From contig NW_026936003.1 of assembly GCF_032062105.1 (NCBI RefSeq), forward strand, positions 186,001 to 250,000: 64,000 nt of DNA, in the 5' to 3' direction. Positions 13,352 through 24,850 of the stretch are shown in pieces (the first letter of the stretch is position 1; every line of letters starts with the position of its first letter). A program made the translations under genes and the position numbers. The notes under the pieces are model-generated. The model was not told the origin of the DNA, did not search any database, and saw only the letters and a program-made list of their open reading frames with translations. The stretch comes from Saccostrea cucullata. Lineage: Eukaryota.

Positions 13352-16293
13352 TATGATTTTGTGGGCGGGAAAGCATGTATACTTTTAAGCACGGACTGTT
13401 TACATGGACTAGACAATGCAATGCACTCATTCATGACGAAATGGAAGACACTTTAACTACTGACTGGAGTGTTCGATTTAGGTTGCCGAAACCAAAAATA
13501 TTTGTTTTCCAGTACTTTGTAATTAGATAAAATGTTTTTATTAGTGTTTTTAACACTTTTCCCCATCGTTTCTTCTACCCACCAAGACATGTACATAATA
13601 ATTGTGTAAGAGTTGGAAGTACAAATCAATTTACGTGCATGAAATGTACGATTGATCGTTGATACTATGTGACTTTTCTGTGCACGTACATGTGTGTGTT
13701 TAACATACATGTTGTAACAATACACCTATTTAAGAAAAACAAATCTCATATTACAAAGAGACTGCCTATTAATTTCTGCATACAAATTAATTTTTACCTC
13801 ACAATTTTTTGGTGAGGGGATTTTGGGGGAGAGGTGAAATCAATTAGCTCGTAAAGGTTATATATGAATATTTTAAGATATGACTTAGGAAAAAAATAAG
13901 ATAAGAAAGTTTTGTGAAACAGCTATGACAAAACTTACGAACATCCTAAGTTATAACTTAGGCATATCCTAAGTTGTATCTTAGGAAATATCTTAGGAAA
14001 TCTTTGTGAAACGGGCCCCCTGTCTCTAAGTAACAATGTCATATTAAGGATTACCTTAAGCCCCTGTCTTAAGGTAAAAACGAGTTTTTGTGGCAAAAAC
14101 ACCTGAAGTCCCTGTCTCCAGATAATCTTAATACGGGGTAATAGAGATTGTTCTATCTGACGTATCCGTATAAGTATCCGTATCCGTATCCGTATCGAGA
14201 TATGAAAGGCATCTCGATCCCGATGTCTAAACAATCTTGTTACATTTCATTCGTTTCATGTTTGATTTTTAACCTCATTCACTAAAAAATGATATGTAGT
14301 GTGATATTTTTAATAATAAAAACATATCAGTTGCTATACACGCCTTATGCATCATGTTTTTTGGGGGAGAGGGGGAGGGGGTAAAACTTTAAAAATAAAA
14401 TTAGAAAAACACTTGCTTGCATGATTTTAATTATTTAAATGTGTAGAAATTTGTTCGAAAATCTCTCTCTCTCTCTCTCTCTCATTCTTTCTCTCTCTTA
14501 GGGTATTCATTCTTCATTCTAAAATTAATATTTACAAGAATTTTACACGACATATCCCCAATATTGTATAATTATATATACAGTTAAACCTCTTTATCTC
14601 AAACTTGTAAATTAAGTACCAGTCCACATAAAAATCAGACAAAACTGTAAAAAAGTGATACATGAAGGTTTTCAGAATTTGATGATTTTCCACTCATAGA
14701 TTTATTTTGAAGTATGAACAATGTTTGTAAAATGAAAAATGTTTTGAGTCATGGTAACCATGGAAACCCGGCCAAAGAAATTTCCTTAGCAACGGGTGGA
14801 TTTTTCAGTGTTGAAGGACAAAAAATCACCTATATTTGAGGCTTAAAATAACACGTAAATACCATGAGAATTATTCTTACTTATGGGTATAATAAAGAGA
14901 CACATTTATTGTGTTCTAATAATGTAATAAAGAATATTTAGGTCTTAAGTCAGTTCTGTGGTAGACATTGGAAGGTACATATGTTTTACAAGTTTTGCTT
15001 ATTCAGCATTTTTTGTGATTTTGGCAATATTCAAGGCCAAATTTTAAAAATGGCCAGATTAATACAGTTGTTGCATGTATCTCACATAAAAGCAGAGGTA
15101 TTTCTCTTTTAGAATTTGAAGTCAAATCCATGGGCTCTTTTGAAAATCGAATCCGTTGCCTAGCAACAAAAATGGGCTTTTTGATGCATAAAATGAGAAA
15201 CAATGTAAAAAGTTTACGGAAAAATCAAATGAACGGTTATTTATGATAAACGAGATACAGATTTTAGAATAGTATAATTAAATTCGGTCTCCCTAGCACA
15301 TTATTGAATATTGCATAATTCTTTATCTCCATAGCAACGGCAGGTTCTCCATAGCAACAAGGCGAAGAAAGGTGATTTTGGTGTGTATTCGTGTAATCTT
15401 ATTAAGGCTTATTCAAAATAAGTCAGAAAAATCCGGTTGAGCAAAATTGACAATGAAATGTTGGTCAATCTTAATTTTTTTTTCGTCTTTAATCAACACA
15501 TGGCAACGATTCCCAGTGCATGGCAACCAATGTACTCTATGCCTCCTGTAAAGAGATTTGACTTTTGGATAAGTGTTCGTCATGGAAATGAATATTAAAT
15601 TAATGTGTTGGTGATTGTATTTGTGGAGAGAGCTGAAAAAATATATCAAATGTTCCATCAATTGTTGTCATGGCAACAACTACATGTGAGTGAATTTAAA
15701 ATGGGGCGATTTAAAAAAACACAGTTTAAAATCTTAAACAGAACTGTGACTGGGCGAATTTAAAACGGGGCAAAATTTCTTGTATGTGTGAACGGGCAAA
15801 AATTATACGATACAAAATTAAGGATGTTTTCCATAGATAATGTTTTAATGTAACTTGTACGATATTGTGGATTAGATTCAAGACACTCATGGTTTCAATG
15901 GCTGCATTTTATTTCCGGAACTGTTTTAATTTCCGATATTTTAAAGTTTTCATCTCTGATATTTTTCAAGCAGTACTTTTCTGCAATGAAAGTAGCTAGG
16001 ATTTAAGATTTTACTCATGAAAAATATTACAGAATAAATCATGAATAAATCATTGAAATCCAAAATAATGAGTTTTTCAATTGACTTTGGGTTATGTTTT
16101 AAACCAAAGAGGCCATGATATTGGGGCGGGGGGGGGGGGGGTAGGTTCGATATTCAGTACCAATTTTTTTTAAACAGCACAACTTTGAATTCCTTATTTT
16201 AAACCTATTCTGCAACATGTCTGTGGAAAGTGGGGGGCTAAACCTACGCAGCAATGTTCAATGTCTATACTAGGAAAAGGTAAAGAAACCTAG

Positions 16294-16324
<31 letters not shown>

Positions 16325-16419
16325 TCCGACGCTTATGTAGATTGGTAACTTTATAACCGTAGACAAAGTAGGGGAATAAAAAAATGCATTTCAACCACTC
16401 TAAGTAATATTCAGCATTA

Positions 16420-18315
16420 CTCAGTAGTGTCCCCACCCCACAAGAACCCCTGACCCTCAGGTCCACACATTTCACAATTCTTGCTCATCATAAATGTTTG
16501 AATAACATCATGGAGTGGATTTCAAAGAAATAATTCATTTTTAGTATATAGTCAAAGACACCCCTCCAACCCCAGCCCTCTATGATACCCCTGTTCCGGG
16601 GGGCTTGGAGTTCACAGTTCTGGAAGAACGATCATAGCTATATCATAACTATATGTCTGTAGTCAGTTTGTTAAATACCTGAGAGCAAAGAAGAAGATTA
16701 ATTATCAAAGATTTATTGCAATTTCACCATTTGATGATTAGAGCCCCACCCTAAGTAACACCAGAAATCCTGGTCCTTGCGCCATGAAATTCACAACCTG
16801 ATCCTTTGGCCATGAAATTCACAATTTTCAAAGAGGCACTCTTCCTCATTTTAACTACACATGTAGTTAGTTTAATACTGTAACAATTGATGGGTTTGAG
16901 TATAGTGTATTCTAATTATGCAAGTCGGGCCTTGAGATCTCTGATTGGCTGAAGCTGATCATGTGACCTTAAACCAAGGTATATAAGCAAGCGCAGCTAA
17001 GCTGCAGGGTTCTTTTAAGTCCAAGCAACGGAGAGAAGAAGACCGATATAAGGTTAGTTGGGTGGATTGCCTAAGATTGAGGCTTGCCACAATTATTTGA
17101 CAATACTAGGTGGATTGCCTATCGGTAAAGGCTTGCCACAATATATTTGTAGTATTGGTTTGTGACTAACCAGTTAGAGGCCGACCATAGAGGCAAGTCA
17201 ACCCTCTGAGGCTTTTTAGAATAGTGCAAGTCTCTGATCGCAGTGGATTACTGTGCGTCCTGAATAAGGACAATTCAGTATCTTCTGTTGTCAGAGGCTG
17301 ACCACTAGGGGATTGGACTTAGCGCCGTGACTGACACTACGAGCCTGAATAAGGCAATATTGGTGTCAGTCCGGTGCTATTGGGCGAACCAGTGATTTTG
17401 TAAATATAAGGCCGACAATCAAGTGTGATTTTCCCCTAAGTAAGGGAAGGGCCCTATTTGTATATATTTGCAGGCCAATATTTTTATCTAATCATTTTTA
17501 AGAGGAAAATTATTTATTGTAAATATTATCTTTACCGAGATCCTGGAATCAACCAGGTACGACCCCTAAACACGTTACAATACCAAGGGACAGAGAAGAA
17601 GATTTTCCATTTTAAAAATGCATGTTTACTATATAATCAAAAGAGCCCTGCACCCTAACACTAGAACTCCTGACCCTGGGGCCATGAAGTTCACGATTTT
17701 AGATGAGGCACCCTTCCTCATCATAACTATGTATTTTTCAAAGAATTAATGCATGTTAACTATATAATCATTTAAGCCCCGTCCTAACACCAGAACCCCT
17801 GTCCAAAGGCCATGGAATTCACTACTGTAGAACAGGAATTCTTTCTCATCGTAACTATGTACTTAATTAATTTTACCCAGGAGCAGAAAAGAAGATTTTC
17901 AAAGAAATAGTGTATTTTTACTATATAATCTATTTAGCCCAGCCCTAGCATATAGATCACCTGACCTTGGGGCAAACAATTTTACAATTTTGGTACAGTG
18001 TAGAGGATTCAATGCTTATTACAATCATTCCACAGTTTCACTGCTTGATGTCTAGAAGTAAAAAAGAATTTAAAAAACTGCATTAATTTTAGTAGTTTTG
18101 GTCCCACCCCTCAGGCCCCAGGGACCCTGAAAATTACAATTTTGTGTTCCTCTTTTACCCATAAATGGGTTATTTCAAATTTGTTTGAAATTGGTTCAGT
18201 AGTTCCAGAGAAGAAGCTAAAAATGTTCAAATGTTTACGACCGCCGAATGACGTACGACGACGAACGAACAGAGATAGCAATAGGTCACCTGAAAGACTC
18301 GGGTGGCCTGAAATT
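16420..18315. repeat. Satellite-containing Helentron-associated (HINE/CvA-like) repeat, split by a solo LTR
   Basis: Degenerate ~150-170-bp tandem units (ccccaccctaa..ccagaacccctgacc...catgaaattcacaattt...gaagaagattttc); end with gacg microsatellite and hairpin aataggtcacctgaaagactcgggtggcctgaaa. Confidence 0.7.
16879..17579 (+). mobile_element. Solo LTR (701 bp), Ty3/Gypsy-type
   Basis: TGTAAC...GTTACA termini; ATAC 4-bp TSD at 16875-16878 and 17580-17583; gattgg and tatataag promoter-like boxes. The empty site restores the host satellite unit. Confidence 0.88.
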
Positions 18316-19402
18316 CTCAGAGGCACATCTCCTTTTTAAAGTGCAGTTTTAAGTTTGAACTCAGATATGCAATGATGGAAATAAAGGCATACAGAAACCA
18401 CTTCTGGTAAATACAGACCCTTAGTAAGCAATGTCGGAGATGGGGTGGGTGTTACAACCTAATATTTTCAGTTTGCCCCCCCCCCCCCCCCCCCCCCCCC
18501 GCTTCTTACACGGCCATAGGAAAAAACAATCATCGTTGAAGGAATTCTCAAAAGACAGTAGAATGTTTTTAATACGAAGACATCACACTTACGCCTGTAC
18601 ATGTAGCACAGGGAAAGATATTAATATAAGTATTATTGCAACTTGTATAAGTATGTATTGAATTATAAATATGTTTTTATTTTTTGAACATGAAATAAAT
18701 TTATTTAAAATTTTATTTCCAGCTGTTTGGCAAGCAAAAAAAAATTGTCAGAAAGTGATCCTGCAGATATCCAAGAAATACAAAAAAATGTCGGAAATTG
18801 AAATAAATTTGTCGGAATTGAAATTTTAAGCATGTCGGAAATCCTATGCAAAATACTGGAAATTAAATGCAGTGAAAGAAAACATGAATATGAAATGAGC
18901 AAGCACAAAAAATTGTGTACACCTAATAAAACCCTTAACCCTGGTAGTGGGTACGTTCACAATTCTCCCATTGGTTGACATTGGTGGTGTAGTTTACCAA
19001 TGACAAAACATTGGTACCAATGTTTACTATTGGTAACTTTTATTGGTAACCAATTCTGCAGGCCAACCACACCTCTGGCAGATTGGTAACCTAGATTTTT
19101 TCGTTTATTAGTGTCACCCCCAAGATGGCTACCTGGACCGTTCGGCGTTCCTGGTAGCATGAGTGAAGTTTCCTCACTAGTAATAACACTTCAGATGAAT
19201 TCTACTACAATGGGTGCGTTCAGAGTATTTCCATTGGTACCATCACCTGTTTGCCAATGGCAACAATTTGTACCGTTGGTACCATTGGGCCCATATTTAC
19301 TCTGAACGGTTTTTTGGGTACAATTGGTAGGAATCTCACCAATGTTAACAATGGTACCATTGGTGTACCATTGGTTACCATTGGCTTATTATTTAGAAGA
19401 AA

Positions 19403-20536
19403 ATGTCCAACGAAGAAAATATAATAATTGCTTCATGCGTCATTTTACAACAAGAGAGTATGTTTAGAAATATTTTTTTTAGTTCAATGAAGTACTTCTC
19501 CCTTCCAGATTATTTTCTCCTACAAAACTTGCGTAGATCTTCAGATGAAATGACTAGAGTGAGGCATTACTATGAGGTTACTATACCCTCGTATACACTT
19601 GATGAATTTAAAACCCATTTTCGTTTGTCCAGAGACACATTTGAGAGTACGTGCCAGAGATTATCAACAGTTAACGCTTACAACAATCAAAAGGGCCCTG
19701 CCCCTAACCTTGAAAAAGAACTGTTGATGTTTTTGTGGTACTTAGGAAACCTTGAGAGTTTTCGATCTATGGCTGATAGGTTTGGTACATCTAAAGGAAG
19801 TTTTCACGCTAGTGTTACTAGAGTATCCTCCTCCTTGATAAGTGTTATGGCAGAAGTAATTAGATGGCCTTTATCACAAGCAGAACTAAATGAAACATGT
19901 CAAAAATTTGGAGAAAACTGTCAATTTCAAAATGTTGTGGGTGCTTTGGATGGCAGTCACATTCCGATAAAGGCCCCCAAACACCAGCCACAGGCCTACT
20001 ACAATAGAAAGAAATTTTACTCTGTGGTGCTTCTGGCATGCTGCAATTCCAAAATGGAATTTACCTATGTTTGGACAGGAAATCCTGGAAGCACGCATGA
20101 CGCAACAGTAATGCGAATGTCAGATCTTTTTCAAAAGAGTGATGAAAAGATTCCTGTTGGCTATGTCATATTGGGGGATTCAGCCTTTCCATTACTTCAG
20201 TGGCTCATAACACCTTTTCGGAATTGTGGCAACCTAACTGAGCAACAACGAAAATTTAATAAGGAGCACAGCCGTAGCAGACAAGTCATCGAAAGATCGT
20301 TTGGCTTATTAAAGTGTCGGTTTAGGAGACTTTTGCGATTTGAGTCTTCAAAAATTAAAATCATAGTAGAGTCTATACTTGCTGCTTGTGTTTTACATAA
20401 CTTACGTATTTCAGACACAGACTTTATCGAAGTACCAGATGAATTTGAAGCTTGTTATGACATGCCACCTGCCCATGACGGTCATCAACTCCAAGGAATT
20501 CAAACCAGACAACAGATGATGAACCAATTGATATGA
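19403..20536 (+). CDS. Harbinger DDE transposase, 377 aa, intact
   Basis: FKTHFRLSRDTF; LWYLGNLESFRSMADRFG; GALDGSHIPI; PGSTHDA; ILGDSAF; RQVIERSFGLLKCRFR; ACVLHN. Confidence 0.95.
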   Translation: MSNEENIIIASCVILQQESMFRNIFFSSMKYFSLPDYFLLQNLRRSSDEMTRVRHYYEVTIPSYTLDEFKTHFRLSRDTFESTCQRLSTVNAYNNQKGPAPNLEKELLMFLWYLGNLESFRSMADRFGTSKGSFHASVTRVSSSLISVMAEVIRWPLSQAELNETCQKFGENCQFQNVVGALDGSHIPIKAPKHQPQAYYNRKKFYSVVLLACCNSKMEFTYVWTGNPGSTHDATVMRMSDLFQKSDEKIPVGYVILGDSAFPLLQWLITPFRNCGNLTEQQRKFNKEHSRSRQVIERSFGLLKCRFRRLLRFESSKIKIIVESILAACVLHNLRISDTDFIEVPDEFEACYDMPPAHDGHQLQGIQTRQQMMNQLI

Positions 20537-20977
20537 ACTATCAATAACATTTTCTACAATTAGTAGACTGTTGATTTTGTTCAATACTTTAATATTATTT
20601 TAATATTCCATGTTCAATGCAAAATATTCAGAACATTAAACATTTTTTTAAACAACTTTATTAATTTTTAAAATAAAAAAATATACAATTTCTTTGTATA
20701 GCTAAAAATAAATACAATTTCTTTGTATAGCTAAATATAAATAAAAAGAGTTTTAAATGTTTAAATTCAAAACATGAAAGACATCTTAATTAGTGTATCT
20801 CAGGATGTCAAAATAATAACAACTTATCCAAAGAAGAGGATGCTTACTTTAACCCTGACTAGTGTTTTCACTTGTGCAGTGATAAGGACTTATTACTGTA
20901 CTCTAATTAGTTTTGTTAATATTCGTCAAGTTATACAGACAAAAAATTTGTAATGTGTGGTGTTGTGTACTCAGTCC

Positions 20978-22650
20978 CTATTTGCCCAATTTTTCAATTA
21001 ATTTTGTTAAGAGTTCTTTATTGCTATTCTGCATATTTTCCATTATGTCGAAGAATTTTTTATCTCTCTCCTCAAAGTATTCTCTCATCTCGTCAATTTT
21101 TCTTTTCTTTGTCTTACATGTAGCTGTAGGAACAGGGGTTGATGGTCTTGAAGTTGAAGCACTGCTGGTGCTTGCATCATCATCTTCCTCAGGTTCATCT
21201 GACTCACGGTCAGCATCATCTTTTCTCAAACCAAAAGAGCTACAAAGAAATAATGGTTTGAACGATGGGTCCCCATCCAGTATACTCTGCATTTCAGTTT
21301 CGTACTTAAATGGTTTAGGGGTTTTATTTCCAGTTTTCTTGCATTCGGACAAAAATTTTCTATAGCCTCTTTTTAATGTGTAGAACTTCTCACGACATTG
21401 ACTGGCAGACGGGGGATTTACTTCATTTTTGGACAGCTCTTTTGATAGTCCCGCCCATATCTTTTTGTTTATGGAAAAAGAATCTGGTGCAACTTTTTTC
21501 TTTTCCTCTAATATATTTAGGAGTTTTCTGGTTGTTGTCAGTTTCCATTCATATCTTGATTTTGATCCTGACTCTTCCCAATCACTATTGTCATCTTGGT
21601 GCATGGGGAATTCTGTTTCACTCGGAGGGACAAGATCTGAGGCTTGATCACTCGGATGAACAAGATCTGAGGTGCTGGCTTGATCACGCGGAAGAACACG
21701 ATCTGAGGTGCTGGCTTGATCACGTGGAAGAACACGATCTGAGGTGCTGGCTTGACAGGATGAGGAGCTACTTTCATTATTATCCTGCATTTCATCATTT
21801 CGGAATAATTCTTGTGGAATGACTACTTCTCCATCAATACAATCAATAAATATTGGATCCTTCGGGGGGTCAGGAGGTAGTAATTTTTCTAATTGATTAG
21901 ATACCACATCAAGATCTAGTAATTTTAAGAAAAGAAAAAAATGTTAATTAATGAATTACCATAAGATCATAAAACCTTAAGTTCTATCAGCATTTTTGAT
22001 TTGTTCAATGCAACAAACTGAGCATAACTCAGTATTATTAATTTTTCATATACTAGGCCTAAAAAGATAATATTTGCATCGTTTATGTGACTATAGTGAG
22101 AAAAATAAATGGGTAAGCATGTTAAGACTATATTTTTGAGACAGATTTCTAAATAATTTTTTAATTAAAAATTGGCTAAAACTGTTTTATTTGTATACAT
22201 CAGAAATAAATAACTGTTTTTGAATATATTTCATTAATATCAGGGTAAAGTATCAATTAAGATTTACTATGATTAATCTACCAAAAAATTTCCAACCTAT
22301 CCGGGTATTCCCGATATATATATAATTTGTTTAAGGAACTGGGAATGAGTTTAAAATGGTTTTTATTCCTTATATGATTATATATATTTGTTTAAGTAAG
22401 CAGTGCAAAGCGCCGCTCACATAGACTAACGTGTAAGAACAGAGGAAATTCCGAATGAAATCTGTTCATTCGTCAACGGTCACTTTATAAGACTATATAG
22501 CAGAAAGTGTGCATACTTACTGTCAGATATATGCTGAATGTTTGAAGCCTTTGTTAATATACGGTAATTTTTTCCTGCAACAACGAGGTTTAAAGGAAAA
22601 AGTTGAGATAAAAAATCTGTCGCTTTAAGCACATATGCCATACCCGCCAT
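20978..22650 (-). CDS. Harbinger Myb/SANT (trihelix/MADF-like) protein, 2 exons: 22650-22521, 21915-20978 (355 aa)
   Basis: W..TTTRKLL...KKIWAGLSKEL...SASQCREKFYTLKRGYRK...TGN..KPFKYETEM domain. Donor gtaagt at 22520 and acceptor ttactag at 21916 splice in frame (1068 nt). 36-bp repeat encodes QASTSDRVLPRD. Confidence 0.85.
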
Positions 22651-23414
22651 TTTTCGTGACGTCATAAAAAAAGTTACCATCGCTAACAGAGCTCTAGTTC
22701 GTCTGCAGAAAAATCTACCTATGGTAAATTTTTTCGGCAAACTTTGGTACCAATGGCATACCAATGGTAAAAAATTCTACCAATGGTAACTTTTGTCAGC
22801 CAACGGTAGTACTCTGAACGCACCCATTATAAGGGAACTGTTATCTCTACATAGTATTCAAACAAATGATCACTTGTTTTGGAAAAAGAATATTACCTGA
22901 AGACAAGTTTTCATATAAAGTTTAGTTATGTCCATAAAAGTAATTTTATTTTGTTTTAGGAATACAATAAACAAACTTCATTGTGAATTTGTTGTTTCTG
23001 GAAAATGGTGAATAACTCAACATTTGCCGTTGGTTACCATTGATTACCATTGGTGACCATTAGTAACCAAGCGTTATCATTATTCACCTTTGACAACCAT
23101 CGGTACAGCCTTTGGTCGTTTTGTCATTGATTTACCAATATATGCTGTTCACAGTTTAAAGGCAACCAATTGTACCATTGTTCAACATTGATGCCAAAGA
23201 CAAGCCAATGGCAAATCGATATTTGTACCAATGGAAGAATTGTGAACGCACCCAATGTTTATCTAGCATATATTGTGTTCATTTGAGATAATTTCCATTT
23301 TTCAAAAGATAAGATATTTATAAGCTTGTATCTTTAACTTGTTGTTGGGAAGCTGACACTTATTCAGTTCCCAAGGAATCTGTAGCTCTGGAGCTTCAAA
23401 CGCTATTACCCAGA

Positions 23415-24432
23415 GAACAGGCCCATAGCAACGCGTATCAAAGTATCGGGAGCAACCTCCAACATCGCTCACCTGAGCACATGGGCTAGGTAAAAACAAA
23501 TCAGCTCAGCACTCAAAAGTTTATTTGGGGAAGGGAGGGGGATGGACTTGAATTTTATACTTCTTGCCACCATATCAATATAAACTAGTGCTAATTGTAA
23601 CGGGGACCGTTACAGATGTTCCCCAAACGCTCCCCAATTCCCTTTTGATGCCATATTCCCTCTAAGCTTCATTAAAGAAGACAAACGCTATGCATTTGAG
23701 ACTTTAACAACGTTTACCCAGAAGTGTACCAAGTTCATTCATATTTTAGCATTGCACGCATGCACATGTGAATGCATGTGTGTAATGACCATGTCATCTT
23801 GTCTAAACAATCTAATTAATGTATTAATGTAAAAACTTTGGGCCAGGAAAGATGAAACTTATGTAGAAGCATCCTCAGGTAGTGTACATTCAAGTTTATT
23901 CAATTCAGGACCCCCGGTGGTAGGGTGGGGCCACAATGGACGACCAACGTTTTAAATAGGAATATATAGGAAAAATCTTCTTAATAACAGCAAAGCCATG
24001 ATTGGTCATGTTTATATGGAAGCATCCTCAGTAGTGTAGATTCAAGTTTGTTCAAATCATGACCCCCGGGGGTACAGCCACAATGGATGATCAAAGTTTT
24101 ACATAGGAATATATAGGAAAAATATATAAAAATCTTGATTGGTCTTGTTCAAATGTTAGCATCCTCAGGTAGTTTAGATAAAGATTTGTTAAAATCATGA
24201 CCCCAAGGATTGGGTGGGACCACAAAAGTACATAACTTATTTGGAATAAAGCCACAGTTAGTCAAAAAATATGTAGGCACCCTTAGTTAGTGTAGATTCA
24301 AGTATGCATAGATTCAAGTTTGTTCAAATCCCCCCCTCCTCTTTTAGGATCGGGACTTCTTAGGCATTTACTGAATTGATTTTTCATAGCCACAGTGCTC
24401 AGGTGAGCGATGTGGCCTATGGGCCCCGTGTT
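23415..24432. repeat. Cg170-like oyster satellite units within a HINE-type repeat
   Basis: About four units of gaagcatcctcaggtagtgtagattcaagtttgttcaaatcatgacccc...ggtggggccacaatgg; terminus ctcaggtgagcgatgtggcctatgggccccgtgtt. Confidence 0.75.
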
Positions 24433-24764
24433 ACATGGATGAGTTCGATGTCAATTTTTTGTTTTTGTTGCATAATATTTCCATTTTAAGATATGAACTA
24501 ACCGGATACATGAAGATGACCCTCTAACCATCGTTTGCATAATTTTTGAAATATGTTTGCACTACATGAATGCAAATCTCATCAAACAAAAATAAAGTTT
24601 CTACTTGTGTGACTAGCCATGTTTTAAATTCATTTGTATTTGATCTAGCTTTGGACATCTTGCAATATTTCTTTCAAATGGTGTAAACTTCAATTTTATG
24701 TAAATAACCGTAACTGACTGCGATGCGACTTTTCTTATTTTGATTTATTTTAATGTGCCGCGGC

Positions 24765-24850
24765 GCCCTCATGGAGCAGTGGTTAGAGCGTCTTCACTAG
24801 AGTCACGAAGTAAGGAGCTGATCCTTACGTCGCGGGTTCGAATCTGTGGG
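24765..24850 (+). mobile_element. tRNA-derived SINE head fragment
   Basis: A-box-like tggagcagtggttagagc and B-box gggttcgaatc; no complete cloverleaf. Confidence 0.6.

Larger units (their letters stand above)
10415..14019 (+). mobile_element. Autonomous PIF/Harbinger DNA transposon 1 (transposase + Myb/SANT gene, convergent)
   Basis: TIRs ggcccgtttcacaaag / ctttgtgaaacgggcccc; CTG TSD at 10412-10414 and 14020-14022; subterminal cttagga/tcctaag repeats at both ends; two convergent genes. Confidence 0.93.
19212..22825 (+). mobile_element. Autonomous PIF/Harbinger DNA transposon 2
   Basis: Perfect 16-bp TIR gggtgcgttcagagta / tactctgaacgcaccc; flanks AAT / ATT; subterminal accattggt palindromes; two convergent genes. 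Confidence 0.92.
18949..23253. mobile_element. Non-autonomous Harbinger MITE (~690 bp of own sequence) hosting Harbinger 2
   Basis: TIRs gggtacgttcacaattctcccattgg / ccaatggaagaattgtgaacgcaccc; flanks AGT/AAT; many accattggt/accaatggt motifs. Confidence 0.8.

Noticed and set aside
24765-24850. Functional tRNA gene
   Set aside because: A and B boxes are present but no acceptor stem or cloverleaf; it matches SINE heads.
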